This document shows, piece by piece, positions 55,831 to 64,000 of a stretch of 64,000 nt of DNA; the stretch's first letter is position 1, and every line of letters starts with the position of its first letter. The notes beneath the pieces are model-generated. The model did not search any database, was not told where the DNA came from, and was given only the letters and a program-made list of their open reading frames with translations. This DNA is from Eledone cirrhosa. Taxonomy: Eukaryota. The stretch lies in the NCBI GenBank assembly GCA_964016885.1, contig OZ024756.1, positions 27,590,001 to 27,654,000 of the forward strand. The letters are read 5' to 3'. Both the position numbers and the translations under genes were made by a program.

Positions 55831-56064
55831 GTACTCTCGGTTCCCAAATAGTAGGGGAGTTGGAATACACGGGAAGGAGGGAATCGCTAATTTTTCTAGG
55901 TTGACTTCGTTTATTTTTCTATTTTAACCCTTTAGCATTTACATTACTCTATATTTACTATTGTATTTTCACGGTAAACACTTCATCTCACATAATAATC
56001 TCACATAATATCGAATCTATGAGATTTTGATGTTATTTATTTTGAAAACAATACCTTAACATAA

Positions 56065-56330
56065 GTCTGAGTCAGGTTCTGCTGCACGTCGGGCTGAGGG
56101 GGCCAAGCTCCTCAAATACCGGTCGCTTTCCGACAGGTTTGCGCTTGTACCCCTGGCAGTGGAGACTTCTGGTGTCCTCGGCCCTAGGGCTACCTCACTA
56201 CTCACCACCATAGGCGCTGAGCTGGCCAGCCGCAGGTGTGAACCCCGCGAGTTGGAGTGGCTTTTCCAGCGCGTCTCCCTTGCCGTCCTCCGTGGGAACG
56301 CCTTCTCCATCCTGTCCGCCGGGGGGGGGG
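56065..56330 (+). mobile_element. CRE/NeSL-like LINE 3' fragment (RLE domain end), GC-rich
   Basis: GSAARRAEGAKLLKY..FALVPLAVETSGVLG..LFQRVSLAVLRGNAFSIL. Confidence 0.75.
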
Positions 56331-56900
56331 GGGGGAGGTATCGCGTAACATTCCATATTTAGGTAACCTGTATTTAATTATATACTAATACATATAAATG
56401 CAAGTTATAGTCAATTTGAAGAGAAAGAGATCAGAGAATTCTGGCCCGATACGGTCGGTTTAAATGTTAATGTATATGTATATATATATATATTATATTT
56501 GCTCACGAAATGTCAAATATTTCACATTTTTCTCCACGAATCGCTTTCAGCACAGACTGTTGTTCGTGATTATAGGGACCTGTATCAGACAGCTCAGCAT
56601 GTTGTTCGTGTTGATCCCACCTCAGACGCTTTCTCAATGACCTGGCGGCAATCCATAATGTTGCAAATGTTGACATCTTTTGCAAAACAGTTGGTGTGGC
56701 GTTTTGTGTATGATTTATTTTTTAGAAAAGTGGATGATGGAGCGCGTCTATCTGAAATGGAAAAAAAATACCCGTTTTGTAAAAAGAACTATACTTGTGC
56801 ACAGAGATGTCAACATGAATGGACCTGTTATTTTTATCTAAAGACATTTTTTCCAATGCTACCCCGCCCGTCCCCTCAATCTATCTTATTTCTCATTCTT

Positions 56901-56936
56901 TCTTCTGATGAAGGACTAGCGTCAGAAACGTTAAGA
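56901..56936 (+). ncRNA. Minimal hammerhead ribozyme
   Basis: UCUU-CUGAUGA-AG GAC uagc GUC A-GAAA-CG-UU-AAGA, with palindromic AACGUU at stem III. Confidence 0.7.
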
Positions 56937-57060
56937 CCCTCTTCCTGTTATTTCAAGCGTTAACCTAATATATTCCATCCATATATTTTACCGATTGTGT
57001 TGTTATTTCTGTTTATCTTTTACATACATATATATATGTATGCATATATTTGTATATATG

Positions 57061-57095
<35 letters not shown>

Positions 57096-57159
57096 CTATA
57101 CATACATACACATACACACACACATATATATATATATACACATACCTATATATACAAAA

Positions 57160-59390
57160 TATATATACAAAACGACATCAATGCACTACTAAAAAAACTA
57201 CGTAACACCAACGGTATTATAGTAAAAGCGGACAAAACATCAAACGTATACACCATGAGCCTTAATACATACAATAACCCTATACGCCGTGAATTACACA
57301 AAAAATACAGGAAAACTATGGAATCTACACTCACTAGCATTAATAACGAAGGACTTAACATAGTAAAAAAACTGAAAATGTCTGATAGAACCGAGCCTCT
57401 GACCCCTTGTAAACCCACATTTAATCTGAAAGATCATAAAAATAACTTCGAAACTGACCCTACTATTAGATTAATATGCCCATCGAAATCGGATATAGGT
57501 AGAATTAGCAAGTATATACTAGATAGAATAATAGCACAAATTAAAGACAAACTAATAATTAAGCTATGGGGTAACACTAACGAAGCAATAGATTGGTTTA
57601 GCAAAATAGACAATAAGGAAACATCCGACTTCATACATCAATGACTACTACTCCTCCATTTCCCCAGTACCCTAAATAAGGCACTAACCTTTGCACAGAA
57701 AAACTCGGACCTGATGAAATTAGAATAACACTAGCTGCTAGGAGAACTATAATGAGGTTCGATAATAGTTACTGGGAAAGAAAAAAAACAGACAGAATAG
57801 CTTCGATATCACTATGGGATCTAGCGACTCAGCTCAAGTAACAGACATAGTTGGAATATATATATAGCGCATAACTTACATAAGGAATTTAATAACCCCC
57901 AAGGAGGAATTTATAGAGACGATACACTCCTTTTAGCTAAACACTTAAATAATCAAAACTTGGAAAGATTACGTAAAAACATTAGAATGTTCTTCAATAA
58001 ACTAGGCCTAGGCATCACTTTCGAACTTAATTCTAAAAAAGCTAACTTCTTAGATGTAACGCTCAACCTAAACACAGGACTAATAGAGCCCTTCCATAAA
58101 AATAACGAAAATCTAGCATACATTAGTTATAACTCAGACCACCCTCGCTCCATAATTAACTCCATAGCACATAGTGTATCCCTCAGAATTTTACGCCTAT
58201 CTTCTAACCTAGAGATTTTTAATGAACACGCGAACTACTATAACATAGCTTTACTTAAGGCAGGCCACAAGGAGGGGTTCAAATACATACCAGATAGAGA
58301 CAACAACAACAAACCTAACGACTACAACACCACCCACACCTATAGAAATAGCAAATATAGGACTAAACATAGAAATAGATAACGAGCACCAGAAATAACT
58401 GAATCGAATACTAATATAAGGACCCCTAGGAACTATAGAAAATCCAGAGATAGGAAATACTTATGGTTCAATCCAATATTTAACTCCTCTATAAAAACCA
58501 AACTACCTCCTACATTCTTTAAACTAATTGACAAGCACTTCCCTAAACTTCACAAATACCATAAAATCTTTAACAGAAAAACTATCAAACTGTCTTACTC
58601 TACTGCAGGCAACATAGAATCACACATACATAAAATTAACTATAGAAGAATCTCCTAATGAAAATAACCTACAAATAAACACCATAACACCAAATACAAA
58701 ATACAAACACATAACAACATCACAACCACACACGTCAGAACGCATCACAACAAAATATTAACAAACCCAAATCTCAGCCCATACATAACAACATACAAAA
58801 CCGCAACGGAGAACCTGCACACAGAAAGGCCTCCAAATGTAACTGCCACTTACCGGATAAGTGCCCACTACAAAATAGATGCCTGGAATCAAATATAGTG
58901 TACCTGTGTACTATAAATTCGAGCAACTTAGCATGGCACTACATAGGTTCTACGGCTGGGGAGTTAAAAAAAATGGTACGTCCATAGACATTCTATGAAG
59001 AACCGTAGACTAGTGAACACAACAACGCTGGCCAATAAAATCTGGCAGCTTAAGGATACAAACCAAGAATACAGGATTAGCTGGTCGAAATTATCGGGAG
59101 CAAAGGCCTACACAAATGGAATATCCCACAGTAGACTTTGCAATATGAAGTTGTTCCATATTTTAAAGTATGACAAACTGCTGCTTAACAGCAAAATAGA
59201 ACGGTCAATTTTCTGTAGGCACAAAGCAGCTACTAAATTCGCAAATTTCAAACCAACATGATTCGATCCAACAATCTCATAATTCAAGCTGAACCACTTA
59301 TTAACTGTCAATAGACCAACTAATCACTAAATCAACATCATAATCTCCTAACCTTTCTTCCTTTCACTCTCTATCCCTAAAACTTATATA
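57160..59390 (+). mobile_element. Second Penelope-like retroelement (same clade, different family), multiply frameshifted
   Basis: IVKADKTSNVY, FNLKDHKNNF..P.IRLICPSKSDIG, FDITMGSSDSAQV, GIYRDD, ANFLDVTLNL, SDHP, WFNP, CNCHLPDKC (CxCx5C), YIGST, KIWQLK and CRHK, spread across ORFs 56997-57644, 57960-58382, 58995-59261 and the intervening frames. Confidence 0.9.
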
Positions 59391-59719
59391 AAGACTGGTG
59401 GATTGGCAGTATCGGCAGAGGGTCGGACGCCATACTTTGACGCATAGAGTTACGGCCCTTGCCATTCTGAGTTCAAATCCTGCCGAGGTTAACTTTACCT
59501 TTCATCCTTACGGGGTCGATAAAATAAAGTACCCGTAATGCTGCCCTTGTGCCAAAAGTAGAAACAATTATTATTATTTTTTTTTTATCGACCTCGAATG
59601 GATGAACGGCAAAATTGACCTCGGTGGGATTTGAACTCAGAGAGCAGAGAGTCGGAATGAATACTACAAAGCATTCTATCCGATGTTCTAACGATTCTGC
59701 CAATTCGCCCTCTAATGAA

Positions 59720-60020
59720 CCTAAATTCTGTAACTACAGAATATATGGAGATTAAGAGACAAGAATCTATCATATTGTTTCTGGCAGGTGTGCCTTAGAC
59801 AAAGTTGTGTATAAAAAGAGACAGGGCTGCTTTCAAGGAGTGGGAACCATGCCAGCTTTATAAAATACGAACAAAACAGATGATATATGCCTATATATAA
59901 CAATAGACTTTCAGGAAAACATAAAATAATTATATTTGAGATATGCTGATTCGTACAGATAGGAAGATTACTGAAAATCGACCAGATGTTACGTTAAAAA
60001 ACTACGAGAAAAATAAATAT
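59720..60020 (+). mobile_element. R4/Dong-like LINE fragment (restriction-like endonuclease region)
   Basis: IYHIVSG..L.K.VYKKR and DMLIRTDRKITENRPDVTLK. Confidence 0.7.
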
Positions 60021-60028
60021 CTCTCAGT

Positions 60029-60075
<47 letters not shown>

Positions 60076-60163
60076 TGTATGTACGAGAAAAATAAATCTC
60101 TCTTAGTAAACATGAATTCCAACAGAAAATTATATTAACATATATATATGTTATTTTCTGTTA

Positions 60164-60206
<43 letters not shown>

Positions 60207-60845
60207 TATGTATACGTACATACATATATGTATACACACGTACAGTAGTATGTATATATATATACATGCACACATATATATGTACGTATGGATTCACCGA
60301 ACATTTATTATAATGCTCGGTGTGTTTATAAACAAACATCCCGTATTAAGCCGTAGTGTCTAGCAACCATCGTTGCTCGTTTGTTCAACACTGACAAAGG
60401 AACGCTGTACTAGTTTCAAGCTTATTAGCTATCGTCAGCAACCTATACCTTCCTGCCAGATGATTGAACGTCTGAAAGTATAGCCGTACTAAGAGTGGGA
60501 AATGAAATTTCGTTTCATTTTTTCCGATTATATATATATATATATATATATACATTTCGAAAATATTCTTACTATATATATATATATATATGTAGGAGGT
60601 GAGTTTTATTGTAGCACAATAAAGCAATGCAAATATCGGATAAGTAGCACGGTTGTTTTTCAATTATTTACATATTCATTTGCATATTCACCCATAAGTT
60701 TGAAAAATCCCTAATACATTTCCACTATCCAGAGAATATCCAACCGATAAGGTATGATTTTCATGGGTATGTCTCTATAAAACAAACTTTGTATTTTATC
60801 TGAGGAAAGTGTACCAATGTGTTTTGGTATCCTTGAAATATATAT

Positions 60846-61035
60846 AATTGTTTCTACTTTAGGCACAAGGCCAGCAATTACCCAGTGCATTACTGGTACT
60901 TTATTTAATCGACCCCGTAAGGATGAAAGGCAAAGTCAACCTCGGCGAGATTTGAACTTAGATCGTAAAGGGACGTAACTATGCTGGAAAGCATGGCGTC
61001 CGACCCTCTACCGATACTGCCAATTCAATGGCCGC
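60846..61035 (-). mobile_element. SINE family 1 copy with a 15-bp TSD, inserted in a PLE terminus
   Basis: tgaaatatatataat at 60834-60848 and 61036-61050. Confidence 0.88.
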
Positions 61036-61259
61036 TGAAATATATATAATAAAATAAATATGGTTTTATAAATATAGTTTCCATCTGTGTGTGTGTATGT
61101 GTTGAGTGTGTGTGTGTGTATACACACACGCATACAAGCACACATAAAACTTACAGTCATACGGGAACATAAACATACACGGACACGTGTATTTAGAGTT
61201 TACTGTTTATCATGTCCAACAACAGATGCAATCGGGATTTTCGATTATTTACTGTGAAG

Positions 61260-61916
61260 GGTGATGGTGGTGGTGGTATTGGTGGTGGTGGTGGTGGTGG
61301 CGTTGTTGGTGTTGTTGGTGGTGTTGGTGGTGGTGGCGTTGGTGGTAGCGTTGTTGGTGTTGTTGGTGGTGTTGGTGGTGGTGGCGTTGGTGGTGGTGTT
61401 GTTGGTGGTGTTCGTGGCGTTGGTGGTGGCATTGTTGGTGTTGTTGGTGGTGTTGGTGGTGGTGGTGGCGTTGGTGGTGGCGTTGGTGGTGGTGGTGGTG
61501 TTGGTGGTGGTGGTGTTGGTGGCGTTGGTGGTGGTGGTGTTGGTGGTGGTGGCGTTGGTGGTGGTGGTGTTGGTGGCGTTGGTGGTGGTGGTGTTGGTGG
61601 TGGTGGTGTTGGTGGCGTTGGTGGTGGTGGTGGTGTTGGTGGCGTTGGTGGTGGTGGCGTTGGTGGTGTTGGTGGTGGTGGTGTTGGTGGCGTTGGTGGT
61701 GGTGGTGTTGGTGGCGTTGGTGGTGGTGGCGTTGGTGGTGGTGGTGTTGGTGGTGGTGGTGTTGGTGGCGTTGGTGGTGGTGGTGTTGGTGGCGTTGGTG
61801 GCGTTGGTGGTGGTGGTGTTGGTGGTGGTGGTGTTGGTGGCGTTGGTGGTGGTGGCGTTGGTGGTGGTGGTGTTGGTGGTGGTGTTGGTGGTGGTGGTGT
61901 TGGTGGTGGTGGTGGT
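61260..61916. repeat. (GGT/GTT/GGC)n trinucleotide array
   Basis: Seen directly. Confidence 0.95.
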
Positions 61917-63179
61917 ATAGCCCTATAATAATACGTATGAAGATAAAACGCAGATAAGAGTAACTCAAATACAAACACAGACACACAAATACACATACAC
62001 ACAAATACACATACACACAAATACACACACACACACAAATACACACACACACTCACACCCACAGACACGCACTCACACACTCACACACAGATACGCAGAT
62101 ACACAACATAAACACTAACATATACAAAAACAGACACACGCGCGCGCACTCACACGCACACACGCAGTCGCCTCACACACAGACACGCAAACACACAAAC
62201 ACAAACACACACATACACAAACATACACGCACAAACACACAAGCACACACACATGTGTGTGTTAGACTCCAGTCGTTTCTAACCACTTCTGTGAAGGGAT
62301 GTGGCTGAGTGGTGAGAGAACTGGATTCGCAATCGTGAGGCTGTCAGTTCGATTCCTGGACCAGGCCATGCGTTATGTCCTTGAGCAAGACACTTTATTT
62401 CACGTTGCTCCTTCAACCTGGATTTGCGACCGATAGATAGTATTAGCAATTGGAAAGACCAATGGAAACATTGCTTCCTCGGTCCGATTTAACGAAAGTC
62501 GATCGACTCCCATCTGTTCCATTTATTTTTTTTATTAAAGAAACATCCTGCTCATGAAATTTACGTGAAAGTGGCTGAGCATTCTACAAACTCATGTACT
62601 CTTAATGCAATTCTCAGGGAGATTCAGCGTGACACAGAGATTGTACGGAACCATCCAGATCCGATTTGCAGTAGCAGAAAAGAGAATAAGAGAGAGAGAA
62701 GAGGGGGGGTAAAAAGAGAGAGAGAGAGAGAGGTGGGGGACAGAAAATAGTGTGAGAGGGCGGGGGGGGGGCAGAAAAGTGTGAGAGAGAGGGGGACAGT
62801 AAAAGAGTGTGAGGGAGAGGGGGAGAGAAAAGAGTGTGAGAGAGAGGGTGGGGGACAGAAAAAGATTGTGAGGGAGGGGGGGGGGGGGCAGAAAAGAGTG
62901 TGTGAGAGAGAGAGAGGGGGGCAGAAAAAGAGTGTGAGGGAGAGAGAGAGGGGGGACAGAAAAAGGGTGTGAGGGAGAGAGAGAGTAGACGCATCTATAG
63001 GCCTGACTCTGAAGTGTCCTGGTGAGCAATTTGTTTGTGTGTGTGTGTGTGCTTGTGCTTGCGTGTTTGTATGTGTGTGTATGCGTCTGCTTATGTATTT
63101 GTGCGTGTGTGCGCGTGTTTGTGTGTATCCGCGCGTCTGTGTGTGAGTGTGTGAGGCGACTGCGTGTGTGCGTGTCTGT

Positions 63180-63223
<44 letters not shown>

Positions 63224-63490
63224 TTGTGTGTGTGCCTGTGTTTGTGTCTGTTTGTATTTGTGTGTGTATTTGTGTGAATGTGTGTGAGCGTGTGTCCATG
63301 TGCAGGAAAAGCCGTTCATTGTGGATTTCATTTAAGCTTTTTAAACGATCAATAGGTGTTAAGGACGCAGAAGAAGTTATGGTGTCTTTACTATATATAT
63401 ATAAGGCTAGCTGAGGTACCCGGGAGAACAGAGAAAACGACTGTATTGGATGTGTTGTCTGGTATGAGGTGAGACCGTAATGCGTGTGTG

Positions 63491-63560
<70 letters not shown>

Positions 63561-63915
63561 ACATAAAAAAAAACAATCATAAAACTTCTTTATTAGGCTG
63601 GGGGAGTAAACTGCCAATTAAATGGTAGCAATGGCCTTGGATTTTAAATGTTGTGAAATGGCCACAGTCAGTATGATCTTTTTCACCTCCAAAAGACGTC
63701 ATCTGAAAAGCAGCAATATACCGCATAACGTTGCTTCTGAAGTGTTGCTTCGTTAGTACGGATTGTAAGTAGTATATGGATAAAAGCTGGAGGGTTGTTT
63801 AATTTAAAATAGTATCAATTTTTCATTCTTCTGTAAAACCAAAGACTGTAAAACGACTTTATAAAAGCGAACGCAATATTGTTAAACCTCCAACTGATAT
63901 TTTTGTGGCACGTCA

Positions 63916-63953
<38 letters not shown>

Positions 63954-64000
63954 ACCTAACACTTTAATTGTATCTCTCTCTGTATAACGGCCTATCTATC

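Overview
Eukaryotic, AT-rich DNA saturated with microsatellites. The repeat content (tRNA-derived SINEs, RTE, CR1 and R4 LINE remnants, long (TA)n and (CA)n tracts) resembles a coleoid cephalopod (octopus-like) genome; this taxon call is inference. Only one credible host gene is present: a single-exon GT31 beta-1,3-galactosyltransferase-like CDS at 46833-47894 (+). The rest is transposon debris: two decayed Penelope-like elements (PLEs; RT, CxCx5C linker, GIY-YIG), RTE, CR1, R4/Dong-like and CRE-like LINE fragments, about 20 copies of one SINE, several MITEs and satellites. The main observation is structure the ORF track does not show. The short unique islands between (TA)n runs are mostly PLE termini carrying type-I hammerhead ribozymes (HHRs), about 20 recognisable motifs from 10 or more unrelated families. 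Many islands form snap-back inverted repeats with an unpaired tail. Four HHRs share a variant core (CCGAYGA) with enlarged stem II. One non-coding unit of about 535 nt looks like a retrozyme or non-autonomous PLE whose 5' end sits near its own cleavage site. All structures were folded by eye; no searches were run.
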